Shown here one piece after another: positions 1 through 13,000 of a DNA stretch of 64,000 bases. Below the pieces are notes generated by a model, which worked only from the letters and a program-made list of their open reading frames with translations, searched no databases and was not told the DNA's origin. Source of the stretch: Oculina patagonica. Lineage: Eukaryota. Numbering within the stretch: the first letter of the stretch is position 1; each line of letters opens with the position of its first letter. The stretch spans positions 24,428,001-24,492,000 of the forward strand of contig NC_135771.1 in NCBI RefSeq assembly GCF_052425735.1, written 5' to 3'. Position numbers and translations under genes: made by a program.

Positions 1-2511
1 CTGTGGCATTCCTCCAACCTGAAACATTTCAAATATTTTCACTAAAGTTTATACTTTGTACTCCAGGTACATTTTTATCTATGCCAGCTCTCTTAGATTG
101 TCTGGGAGTCTCCCAGTTACAGAACGAATATATCGGTCTCTAGTATGGGTCACCAAATCTCCCAAATACAAAGGAGAGTGCTTTTAAACAATAATAAAAG
201 CACTATAAATAATGACTCACTGCACTCAATCGACCTCAGCAAGGGAGAAAGCGACGCCGGAAGGGATGCCCCAGGGACTCCAGGACCCGCTGTGGGACAG
301 CGCGGACTTCCCGTTGTGCACACCCGCTGAGAAAACGTGACCAAACAACAAAGAACCACGGAAGCCCATCACCACACCAAGGGCGCGCGGCAGCGAAGAC
401 GAGAACGCACAGACGGGCGCCCCCCCGCGACACCGCCCCCCCGCCCCCCCCCCACCACCCCCGCGCCAGCGAGCACCCCGCCCCCCCCGAGACCGCCGCA
501 CCCCCCCCCACCGCACCCCCACCCGACCCCCGCGACCCCCCCCCCCACCCCCCCCCCCCACCCCGCCCCGCGCAGCTGGTCGGGTGTGTGGGCGGGGAGG
601 AGGCTCCCTACCCTGTGCCTGCCCTGCCCCCCTCCAAGTGTACCCCCCTCACTCTGCCGAGACGGTGTTCTGATACGTGGGAGGGGGGGACCGGGTCGAA
701 GGGAACTGGATCCCCGTGACCGTGGCCTGCGTAGGCCCCCGGGGGGGGAGTGGACCGGCGGGCTGTTGGGCGGGGGGGGGGGGAAGCGCCCCCCCCGGGG
801 AGGGGGAGGGGGGGGGAGAGAGTGAGAGGTGGGATTCGAAGGCCCCTGAGTCGGGGGTGGGGAGGAGGGTGGAGGGCGAAGAGGAGAGAGGTGGATCGGT
901 AGTAGATCGAGAGAGAGAAGGGAGCCGATAGGTCAAGCAAGCGCGGACACAAGCCGGAAGATATTCACGCCCAGACTCTATAAGAGTCACAGAGTTGTTG
1001 TGAAAGCTTAAGTAGCGTATCGATTATTAATGTCTTTTTTATGTAAATGATTAAAAAAAATGTGTTTTTGCATATATTTTGCCCAATTCTGGGGGAAATT
1101 TTGAAACACTTGTTGCATACTATTAATTTTGTGGATGAATTGGTAGAGCTATAATTTTTACTCCTTTTGGGGGGTTAAAAAGACATATCTTGAAACAAAA
1201 TAGGGGCCCCCGGGTTTTCTCTCTTTAGGTTGGCTTTTCTGCAATTATAATATTGACATAATACATATATGAAAAAAATATAACCTAAAACAAGATTGAG
1301 CTTCATGATACCAAGTAAGATTTTTCTAGTGCTAGTTAGGTCATTCTCATCCCCCCAGAGTCAACGATCCTTCTAGTCTGCGCCTGGGATCAAGACCTCT
1401 GGCCAGCTCCAACACCAGAAGTGCGTGATTTAAGGGACTCATTGTCAAATCTGATTGACTAAAAATACAAAATGAGTACTCTGCGCATGCTCACTGGTAA
1501 ATCGGGACTGGCCAGAGGTCACGATCCCTGTTGTAGACTAGAAGGATTATGGCCTTTAGGGACAATAATGTAGAAAGGTTTACATTCGTTTCGCCAACAT
1601 GGTTTCGCCAATGGGCAGTGTGCCTTAATAGCCACTCTTTGCTTATGCTTTAAGAATGACAAATATTCACCCCTTGGTGTAGTTATAAATACCGAGTTGG
1701 AGTCTTGCAGACTTTATTGAGATGTACTGCAGTTGATATATTAAACTTTCATTAATATAATTATACGTCATTGAACAGGCCATTGGCGAAACGACCGGTT
1801 ACCACATAGCCTCCCACGCAGTCGTTCTTAGGGGCGATCGTGTTTCACTCCTCCCCACGAACGTTCGTGGGGAGGAGTGAAACATAATCGCCCCTAAGAA
1901 TGACTGCGTGGGAGGTTAGTTACCACCAGGCAGTACTACAGTTAAACAGAGTTAAACCCTGCTCATTCGAACTCGGTTATTTCGAATTCCCTGTTATCTT
2001 GAACTAAAATTATATATATATAAAACCCTTTTCACTTGGATTTTTCCTTCAGTCATTCACTATTGGCTATTTCGAACTCCCGCTATTTTGAACTTTTTTT
2101 TGTTCCCCCTGACGGCTCAAATAAACGGGGTTCAAGTCTTAATATTTGGCCTGCTTTGATTTTTGAATCAGTAACAGAAGGCAACAAATAATGTTTACAT
2201 ATAAAAAAAAAGATCAAGCTCATAGAAAATTCAACCTTAATAATCATCGATTTCTTTCTTCTTTGACTGTAAGACCAAATTCATGGCAAAGGATAATTTT
2301 ATAAGAGTTGAAGCTAAAAACATTTTGTTTCAAATGCGATTTTTACCTTTTGCTGAAGAAGCGGCTTTGCTGTTAGCTGTACCGGCGAGGCAGTTCTTTG
2401 TTTGTCCATTACGTTTCTTCACAAAAGTGACAAACAGATGAAAAAGAAAGCGAAAAAACAAAGAACTACAAAGGTGCGAAATGTATCAGGTAGATCTCAT
2501 ACGGGCGCCAT
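1..2511 (-). CDS. Possible 5' part of an unidentified spliced gene running off the left edge
   Basis: CpG-richer patch with CAAGATGGCGCCC|GT at ~2511. Candidate exon 1726-1671 (YISIKSARLQLGIYNYTKG) joins in phase to a candidate exon starting at 18 (LEECH...). The upstream candidate exons (~2416-2346, ~2266-2236) could not be phased unambiguously. Confidence 0.3.
1807..1918. mobile_element. Palindromic MITE-like element
   Basis: Near-perfect hairpin TAGCCTCCCACGCAGTC...CCCCACGAACGTTCGTGGGG...GACTGCGTGGGAGGTTA, centred on AACGTT. Confidence 0.75.
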
Positions 2512-5500
2512 CTTGAATCCTTGGTAACCTCTCCCAAATCTTTACATACTTTGTAACCGCGTCAGATAACGGAGTGAGGAGGTAGTGAGGAGGTCGCTGG
2601 GAAGCTTGTTTCCAGACCCCGTCACGATCACTCGGCTTACTTACAGAAACTCATCTGGCGGATCTGGCGACAGTTCTGTGCCTTTGTTTTGACCACAGTG
2701 GTCAATATTTTATTTCGCAAAAAACAAGAGTATTTTTTTTAAATTTTCCAGGGCCTTTTTAGTGTGCATTTTGATTTTAGCTTTATATTTCAGTGAGGTT
2801 TTTAGTTGATAGAAAATTATCATTTTTGGCTTTGAATATATATACTAGTTGAATCATCCTTAATAGAGTGATTCACCGAATGAAATGCGGTGAAAGAGTG
2901 ACAGGAAAAAGAAAGTGGACAAATCAAGAGTGAGAGGAATCAGCAACAGACCACAGACGGGCCATGCCTGACGCGAGACAACAAATCAACCCAAAGACAA
3001 CTGACGAACACACGGCAATGGGGAGCAGCCGAGAACCGCAAAGGAGACAGGAAAAGCTGACACGTGCAACCTGGCAATTCCCCACCGACACGTGACACCT
3101 GCGTGAGAACAGACCGCTTCGAAGGTGAACATGCGAGGCAGAAGAACGTCCTGACAGAACATCTGCACATAAGTGACTGAGGCTGACCACAGAGACACAA
3201 ACATAGAAATAACGACATTAACATATAAAAACGGACACGAATTCACTCTAATGTTAGAAACTGTGAAACTTCTTATGGAAAACAAAGAACAACCAAGACA
3301 ATAAAGAACCTCCAAACAATATAGACTAGGAAAGGTTTTTATACCGAGGTAAACCCAACAGTGGCGGATCCACAAGACCTTCTTCAGGTAAGGGGGCCCG
3401 ATCATCCAGGCGGTGGAAAGAGGGGGCCTCGCTCTTGAAAATATTTTTTTCTGCCCTTTGAGTTTCGGCCTAAAAATAAGGAAGGGGCCCGGGCCCCTTC
3501 CCCAGATCCCCCACTACCCAAATAGTCTCAAAAACTAAATGGAACAAAAGTGATGAAAAACTCTTTCATGGCAGAGAAATTAGGACATTGAATAACTTTT
3601 TTTCCTGGTTTTTATAAAGGCATTTGTTAGAATTGGCTTAGCTTGTGCCAGGCATTTGGTTATTGGAAAGCAGCAGAAAAAAAAAAAAGAAAAAAAAAAA
3701 AAGAAAAAAAAAAGGGGGGGAAAAATGGATAGGGTCACCCACTTGCCATTCATGCTTATTCCCAACTAACAAAATGCCTGAAACAGGCTAGAGTTGTTTA
3801 TGTGCAACCCCTGGTTGGGGTCATGCATTGTGTTCTTGGACAAGACACTTAACTCCGATCCCACAGGATCTCTCTCCTCTGGAGTACAAATATCATTAGG
3901 GGAACCGATGGGGGAAGGGAAAGGGGGGAGGGGTCACATAGGGCTAGAAAGGGTCACCTTGGTCTTGAAACCCTTGCATGACTTGCATAGTAACAAACAA
4001 CCTTACAATATCAGTTGAAAAATGTGATAAGTGTAATATGTATGTCATAAGTTGGGAGAGTTTATATAGGGACAGTGGAGCCAGGGGGGTCTTTACCCCC
4101 AAATATTTCCAAAAACAAAAAGACTTAAAAAGAAGAGTCTTTTAAGCCCCCCCCCCCCAACTCCAAGTCACTAGTCAGCCCCCCTCCAATTGGAAAAAAG
4201 TGGTCCGCCGTCCCTGTTATTTTGACCAATGTCAACGTACCCAAGTTCAGACTTGGCCAATCAGAACTAGCCTTGTCTATGTGTCTACTGCTCTAATTTC
4301 CTGTGATATCAATTCACTAACCTGGTATTGCCAGGTTTTTGGCCAAATTTGGGTATGGTGAATACCTAATCGTATCTTTCCAGTACGCTTTGGCAGCAAT
4401 TAGCAGGCCCGTTTGATCTTGTGATATGCAAGGCTTACCAAAAAGGTAAGATTTGGTTTGAAAACAGCACGATGCAAAGCCTTTAAATTAGTATTAAAAA
4501 AGTAAGGAAACACGTGTTCATCCTTTTTTATGAAAAAATATTTTTATTAGTACCCTTTTCACACCAGTGAGATGCTGGACTTAAATAAAGTTGATGCAAA
4601 CTAAAATTGCAAAAAAATATGTTCCAGTCTTATTTAATATTTACAAATCGTTTTATGGCATTTTCTTTGCGCCAAATCACTCTTATCTGCGGAACACATT
4701 TTAAGTGTGCCCATAAATTTAAAACTGAAAACTTTGTCAATGACATTGCATTTCACGTATGTTGGACTTCTCATTGATAACGACAAAAATATTGCCTCAG
4801 GGGGGAATAAACTGAACTATGAACATGTCTACTAAAGACGTCACGCATAAACACACTTTAGTGAACATGATTGGAAAAAAAATGAAGTTCATTTTTCATT
4901 AAGTGACAACATCATTAATAATTTAACAATGATGATTGGAGTAGCGTAGTGTTAATAAATAATTATAAGGCAGGCCTTTTATAAGAATATTGACACCGGA
5001 TTGGTCACTTAATAAACCAATATTTTTGCAAAAATTAAACAACTTGACCAATGCAGTGAGACAACAAAAACCGAACTTGAACAATATATGGAGAACATTT
5101 CGATTAAATATTCTGAAAGGACTTAAGAATGTTAATTAGATATGTTACCAAATCTGGCGCCTATTCACGCAAATTCGAATGAAAGGACGAAATTAATCAA
5201 GTCCATTCTGATTAGAACATTCGCACAAAGTTTGTGATAATTGTTTGGTGTATTTTAACCTGTGGTTTACAAAGTTTTGCAATGTATATATCACTCCCAC
5301 ACTAGATAAATTACAGTGATCGGTTTCTAGTCGCAACTCAGGAACGTAATCAAACGAATAATTTATGTATGTCGTGTTTGCATGTCTCGATTTCTTCTAC
5401 GAGGGTCTCGCGTATGATCTGTTTATATACAAATGTTTGAGACAAAATGTGTAAAAACTGTATGCAAATATTACTCAAGTGTTAATAAAAGACAAAGAAT

Positions 5501-5681
5501 TAAACCACGAAACTGCATCGAAAACATGCAAATCTGTTTTTAGCAATAAAAAAGTGTTTTAAAATTCTCGCAAAAAAATAAATTGAAATTGACATCTTTA
5601 AAATTAAAATCACTTAGTCATTTTCCCAAGAATACTGTTACTTCAAACGAAGTCTATAACTAAAATTAAGCAAACTACAGA

Positions 5682-7346
5682 TTATAGAATGATGCAAAAT
5701 TTGGATTTTGGTTGCGTTTTAGCACCCCTATCGTTGCTTTCAGTCTTGTGTGGTCGCGAGTCCGCCATGAGGTGATTATTGTTGCTATAGCTGCTCAAAG
5801 TTGATGCTTTCCGGATGAGGTCTAATTTCTTTTTCGTAACACGATGAAGGATTACTCTGTAGGTTCCTGTTATACTGTCTCTGGAATCTCTACAGTTGGC
5901 GTGAAGATCCGACGAAATTCCAAGTTCTTTCATAGTATTTAACGCATCGCGTTCGTCCTCCGATAACTCAGCACTTTCTGTGTCCGGGGGACGGAGGCTG
6001 TACTTGGTGTCAGGTCGTGGAAACACTTCACCTTCCAGCCAAGAAGAGTGTTTGATCTCTTCCATTGTAAACCTATCCGTGGGGACAGGTCTTAAAATGT
6101 TCCGTAAAAGAAATTTACAGCGATCGCTCAAAAACTCCGGCAAATAATACGTTCCATCGAGAATGCACTTCTTGAGCTTTCCCACCGTCTCCGCACGGAA
6201 AGGCATTACGCCAGTAACCATGAAATATAGAAGTATTCCTAAAGCCCAAATATCGACGTACACTCCGATGTAGTGTTCATCCTTAAACAATTCGGGAGCG
6301 GCATAAGGTGGTGAACCACAGAAAGTATTAAGTGTACTGTCCTTAGTTGATAATGTACTAAATCCAAAATCTCCAACCTTCACTAAATTTGGACCCGCAA
6401 TGAACACATTCTCCGCTTTGAGATCGCGATGAATTATGTTGTTGTCATGCTGAAAAAGGAAAAAAAAAATCTGCATAAGTAAGATTGCAAGTAAAACCAG
6501 CTTTAATTATTTAACATTGTTAAAATTTAGTATACAATGTAGGGAACATAGAACGTAGAATTCGGGTTTATAAAATGAAAGCTTACCTCGCGACTTAGTG
6601 GTAAATACTTTTTTAGCAGGAAACGATTTCGAGTAGTCGTGTAGTCAGTTGGCGCTTTAAAACTTGTTAGATCAAGTGTTGAATGCTTTATATCATTAAA
6701 GAAAGAAATCCGACATTGCTTACTCACCATATGTTCTACAGCGGATGCCACTTGAGCGTAAATGCGGCGAGCTGTCCGCTCGTGCAATTTCCCTTCGTTT
6801 GAAATTCGAGCGAACAACTCGCCACCGGGAGCGTATTCCATTACGATGTGTAGCTTCGAGAGTGTTTCGATCACTTCATAAAGTCTGATAATATTAGGAT
6901 GATGAAGTTTCTCCATAGAAGAAATTTCCCTAGATAGCAATCGTTGCGTTTTCTGATCCAACTTTGTCTTGTCTAAAATTTTGATAGCGACTTTGTCTGC
7001 AAGTGAAGATATCAATGTAAGCTTAAGTTTCCGTAAAGGCACGCGCGCCGCCATGCAATGAATTTCTCGATCACCAAGCTTTCTTACCTCTCGTTAGCGA
7101 ATGTATTCCCATTTTAACCTGGCAAAAGTTCCCACTTCCTAACTCTCCTCGAATGCGATAAAATCCGATTCGTTTGCCGAGAGTTATTTCCTTGAGATAG
7201 CGTTCGTCGTGAGCTAAATCGTAGGTCAATCGTTCGAAAGGCGTTAAAGTCTTTTCCCGATGTTGTTGTTCAATGCGTTTAGTACGATCTTCTTCGCCTT
7301 CACGCTCCCGCGAGGAAGAATCGGCCATAGTGTTAGACACCGTCAT
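5682..7346 (-). CDS. NIM1K: Serine/threonine kinase NIM1 (AMPK/SNF1-related, CAMK group), 3 exons, ~431 aa
   Basis: Exons 7346-7088, 6996-6728 and 6449-5682 are GT-AG and in phase. Motifs: [81 protein letters not shown], and C-terminal SKFCIIL. Start ATG could be 7346 or 7328. Confidence 0.93.
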
Positions 7347-7455
7347 GGTTCTAAAAAGTTTACCACCGCCATGGCGAGAGTGACTGATCGATGAAGAGCG
7401 GGCTGCCAGTCCATTCTGTTGTGACGGCGAACAAAGGCCACGAAGGGTCCCGGCT

Positions 7456-7469
7456 GTTGCTATGGAAAC
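7456..7469. promoter_or_regulatory. RFX X-box motif upstream of NIM1K
   Basis: GTTGCTATGGAAAC ~110 bp upstream of the ATG. A second motif, GTTGCCGTTGGCAAC, lies at 8089-8103. Confidence 0.55.
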
Positions 7470-9098
7470 CACTGATCCTTTTATTGATGATTTCCTTTGT
7501 GTTCGTCTAAGTGAATTGTCTCTTAGGGATACGTCGTACTGTTTTTATTTTTCCAGCGCTTAGTGGCGAGAAAAACAGATTTTTATCTCGCTTTGGAGGA
7601 GATAAACGTAATGTGCGTCATTTCTAAAGTGGATTAAATAGTTCGGTAAGATTCGACGAACCGGAGAATTTATTTAAAAAAATACAGATTATGCTGATAC
7701 GTGCTAAACAAACTTCCTGTAAATTTCATCTTCCCTTGAGGTCGACAGCTCCTGGATACACGTACACGAATTGATACCTGTTTGGTGTTTTCTTTCAAAA
7801 CAACTAACTATTGCTTTTGCGTTCATTAGTGAGTTAACTATTAACACCTTATTAAATGTTTTAATTATCGAGTTTGTTAAAGTTGACGATTTTCGTGTGG
7901 GTCATTTTAATGTAACGATGAAAACAGTCTTTAAAGAAACAAGCTTTTGCTGTAATTTGAATGTTTACTGATCATTGCGTGCGGTTTGATATCTTAGCGT
8001 AAATTGACGTCTAACATACATTCGTGATCAAAAGAATCCGTAATTAAATTTTACACGCCATGCCGCGTGTTTGCAACTAACCAAGTTCGTTGCCGTTGGC
8101 AACGGTTATGCAACATTCGTTCTCGACACTTCTATTATTAAACATTTCCCCACAAATCGTCCATTTTGTAACCAAATGATCTTTAAGCTGCCAGGCGGGC
8201 TTGTAAATATTATTGAAAATTTTCCTAAGCCGAAGTTATGTACTTCTAAAATTATAGATTCTTGTTCGCCGTCCCCATAATCAACTCAAAACTGCAATTT
8301 CCGTTGTCAAAAAAACTCGATTAAGTATTGGAGTAGAGCAAATTAATATAAGCCTTAAACAGGAGGGGTAGTGGACAAAGAGTTTTTTTTTCTAAAACTA
8401 TTTCAAGCTCAGCTTTAAACAAACTCTGTAAGGGAACACTTACGTGATATATACAACGCCTTAGTTAAGTTAAAAAAATATTATTTGGAGTTCTTTATTA
8501 CTCGTATCCAGTATATCACACACTGGTAGCACACTGTGGATCCAGTCAGGAATCAAATACTTATGGTGCCACTTAGCACTGCGAAAGTTTTCTTGTCAAC
8601 GATTGCACGTGCTTCCCCTCCCTCTCCCCCCAGGGCGTTACATATCTCCCAGAAAGTGAACGACAGGAGAGCTCATAGCAGAAAGAGAGCGGAAAGAGAG
8701 TATCCTACTTCCGCTTTACAAATGACTGGATGTCTCTCCCAGTATTTTTAAGAAAGCCAATGCCATTTTAAGAAAAACCTTACAAGGTTCTTACTGGATA
8801 AACATTTTTAGACGACGAACAAATATTTTAGTTGCACAATGTTATATAATGTTAATAGATAACTATTTGTAATTAGTTTTTTTTTTATATTTTAGATCTG
8901 TGACATTTGTACTTCCTTTTAGATTTTAATCCCATTTTTAACCTTAGTTAGTAGTATTTTAATTATTGTCCTAGTTTTTAATCTCAGTTAGCATACAACA
9001 TAGGTTTTGTCTTTTTATTGTATTTTAGATTTTAATGTATTTTAATGTTTAACATTTATTTTCTCAGAGGACCCTCCTTAAAACCACCCCCTAGGTGA

Positions 9099-9342
9099 NN
9101 NNNNNNNNNNNNNNNNNNNNNNNNNNNNNNNNNNNNNNNNNNNNNNNNNNNNNNNNNNNNNNNNNNNNNNNNNNNNNNNNNNNNNNNNNNNNNNNNNNNN
9201 NNNNNNNNNNNNNNNNNNNNNNNNNNNNNNNNNNNNNNNNNNNNNNNNNNNNNNNNNNNNNNNNNNNNNNNNNNNNNNNNNNNNNNNNNNNNNNNNNNNN
9301 NNNNNNNNNNNNNNNNNNNNNNNNNNNNNNNNNNNNNNNNNN
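9099..9342. other. Assembly gap (N run)
   Basis: Run of Ns. Confidence 1.
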
Positions 9343-10009
9343 TACGATCAGGCGTTTATTTTCTCGCGGCGGGAGGTTGAAGAACGCCTGAACGCAGGCT
9401 ATTGCTGCCTGTCTCGCTACCTATGGACAACGCAAAGAAAACAACGCACAACTGTCAATGGAAACTTTATTATTTTTAGTGCCACGATTTCTGACAATGA
9501 AATATGACGCTATAGACTCCCACATAAGTAATGATACATTGGATTTGAAGCGAGTGGAGTATATTAAGGAAAAATAAAACGTGAGCGAGTACAAATCGTT
9601 TCTATTCGTAACAGAGCCTGTTATCTCGCATGGGATCGATTGCCTCTCTCTAAATTTACTTTCTTTCTTTAGAGCCACTGTTTTGGCTAGAATTTCTACA
9701 AGAGGAACCTATTTAAGTGAACTGAATGTCAGCTTTTAAACTAAGCTGTTTCTAATTGGACAAATGTGTCAATTGCGCTCCAACAAGGTGACAAATTTGT
9801 AGAGAAAAGAACCAATCAGAGACGAGGATTCTGTGGGTACAATTTTACAGGAAACAACAGAAATTTTTACTTCTTTCTTCTTATTTACAATGCTCGTCGA
9901 CTTCTTCAGCATAAATACTCAATAAATACACGTATATCCATCAACCACGGCCGGCCACGGCTGTTCTAAATTTTCTCAGAGTCGTCTAAAACAAAGCTGA
10001 TGCTGTTTT

Positions 10010-13000
10010 TCACCGTGTGTGCTTCTCTGCCTCAGTTCCCTTGGATGCATCTCGCACCTTTCGCATGGCTAACTTTCGGTATCTCTCTAGTTCCTGTAAG
10101 GATAAAAGGAAATTTTTAACAATTAATTTGCAAAACGAACAAGGGCCGTTTTTTGTAAACCCTTGTAAGCCTTGATTAAAAATATGACACAAACAGCGGT
10201 GATAAACATTATGAAAAATCGCATTTTACTAAACTTGACGTTTCGTATGCTAAGCTACATACAACGTCAAGTTTAGTAAAATGCGATTTTTCATAATGTT
10301 TATCACCGCTGTTTGTGTTATATTTTTAACCAAGTTACGATGGCCTAAAACCAAGAGTCTTGTAAGCCTTCCTCCGATTGTTATCATTTAATCTAAAGTT
10401 CTAAGAGAGTGAGCTTTTCGCTACAAGCTCACTTCACGTTACTTTACAAAATCAAGCTGAATTCCGCGCGTGAACGGCTCGGACACATGTTAGAAATTTC
10501 ACCAGGCCTTCACGGTATTATTGACGTCACTACTCGTTTCGGTGACGCATACCACGTGACCCGAAACGGGTCGACCGCGACGAAAATAGAAGCCTAGGAA
10601 CTAGGCAAGGGGCAAGGTAAATACTAACTATATCTTCCGCCGTTTCATTGATGAACTACTACCAGTGCTTTTAGTGCGTGCAAAGCATTTTGAAGCTGTA
10701 TGTTTCCTACATATGAAAAATTGCGTACGAGTATGCAATCTATACTATCGCTCTCCCGCCCACCAAAGTCGGTTCACTTTACTGGGCCGGAAGGGTTGAT
10801 AATTTCGGATTGAGAAATTTGGAATAAGAAACTGTTTGAGTGTTTTAACGACGATTTGCATAAAAAAAAAAGCATTTAATAGTTTCCTTTTTTCTCGCCT
10901 CGTGAGCGTTCTTCTTTGCGCGCGCCTCTACTCGGCACGAGCTCTATGTTGCTTCAGCCCAGACCGACAATTTCAGCGTTATCATCGTTTCCAGTTTACC
11001 TCATCTTTCTGTTTTCTCATTGTGTCCACCGCTGGCTCTGCATACTGTGGATCTTTAGAAGGATCTTCGCTTGTGCTGCGCCCCTGAGATTTCTAAAATA
11101 AAAAAATGCCTTTGTAACGCCAACATCGATCAACATCGGATTTGGGCGTTTTACTGACATCAACCACCCAATTCTTATTGCCACAATTAAACGCAAAGGA
11201 CGGAATATGTAAGGAGAATTTACAATTACTTTAACGAGCTTTACCTCGGGTGGAAAAAACGTGGAGAAAGCAGCTTTCCAGAGTTCATATGGATCCCTGA
11301 AAAAAAGTGAAGATGTTTAGAATCAAGTCTGGTTTCGCCAAGTCACTTGTTGTAGGTTATTACACTAGTTTTACGAACCGAATGCAGAGCTTACTTGCTC
11401 TTAACAATTAGGATGAAGATGCTGTATTATCCTCCAATCAAATGAAAAATAAAACCAATGACGATTCGACATACGTCACATTTTCCCGCGCTTGCCGCTT
11501 CGCGTTCTGATTGGCTTATAACAGTTTTTGCCGCCGAAAGTCATTAGTTGAAGGTTAATAGCCAGCGTAGCTTGGCGTTCTAGTCAGTCGGAGAGAGCGA
11601 GAAATCGCGCGCGCGCGCGTGCAAAAGCGACGGCGGGGCAAAAGGAAAGAAAGAACGCGTTCCTTCTCTCTCGCCGCGCGCGCGATTTCTCGCTCTCCCC
11701 GACTGACTGGAACGCCAAGCTACGCTGGCTAGCAGGTTAACTTCACCGTTAGCTTTACGGCAACCATTAGGAAACAAAGCTAGAGCTCAACCTTTATACC
11801 AAGGCCGGTTTGCCCAAAAGCGGAGTAACACTTATCCAGGATTAAAAGTTAATCGAGGGTTTAGTTTCTCTTATATAAAACTATTTTTATTGCTGACGTT
11901 TTTTGGAGTTTAAGATAAGTCGATGGCAAACTAAAGGACAGAAAATATAAACAGAAAGTCTAAATGACAGGTTGAAAAGCTGACACCAAAATTGCGCTAA
12001 TCCTAGATTAGCTTAATCGTGCTTTGAACAACCTGACCCAGATGTCTGCAGCTCGATGAGTAGATTTTGTATCATATTTCAGTATTCTCAAAGTAACCGA
12101 AGAAAACCGCTTTTGCTAGCAAATTTAACAAAACAGGAGTCAGTTTTATCTCCGCGATGCTATGTTTGAAATTACACCAAAAAAGCCTCGTACAATCTTC
12201 GTATAAACCGATAACAAAACGAGACGAGGAGACCAATCAGGAATGAGAATTTGGTTATTTACCTGCTGTGCATTTTTCCCATATCTTGATTGGCCACTGG
12301 TGGCGCCCCTGTTTGTTAAAAAACGAACTCTCATGGTAATTATGGGGTTTGTTTTTTTTAAAGTAGTGGTAATAACTAGATTAAAGCGACATGAAAAAAG
12401 AACAGTGTGAAAGTGTAGTTGTTGTTGTTTTCCTTTTCCTAGAAACTAGCTTAGTCAAGCCCTGGTCGGGGTCACTGTGTTGTGTTCTTGGGCAAAACAC
12501 TTTTCTCTCATAGTGCTTCTCTCCACCCAGGTGTATAAATGAGTACCGGCGACATTAAACTAGGGGGGGGGGGGTACCCTGCAATAGACTAGCATTCCCT
12601 CCATGGGGGACTAGCAATACTCCTAGTTGCTTAAAGCTATCGAAACCGGGATAAGCTCCGGCAGTATGGGCCCAATGGCTCGAGGCTTCCCCCTTAGTCT
12701 AGCCGTCAAATATGAACTTGAAAGAACATATTGGACAACGGTCTGAAAGAAGTGGTTTAAACAATTTGACAGTAAGGAGAAATGCGACTTTAATTCTTAT
12801 TCTCAAATCAAAAAGTAGCATGAGCACTTTGCGTGACAGTCAGTACTCCGATGCTTGTGACGTCAGTACGGTGCATGGTTCCTCTGACCATCACAACTCA
12901 CGGGCTCAGCCGGAGACGGAAGAGTCTACATTTGCCTATTAGAATTACCGATCATGAAGTGATGGCAGTTAAACTTTCTCACCTATCTGAGTTAACGAAT

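Noticed and set aside
226-990. Pro-rich and Gly-rich ORFs
   Set aside because: Products of low-complexity C/G runs with no domain signal. A loose resemblance to rDNA was not convincing.
9095-9391. ORF of X residues
   Set aside because: Spans the assembly gap.
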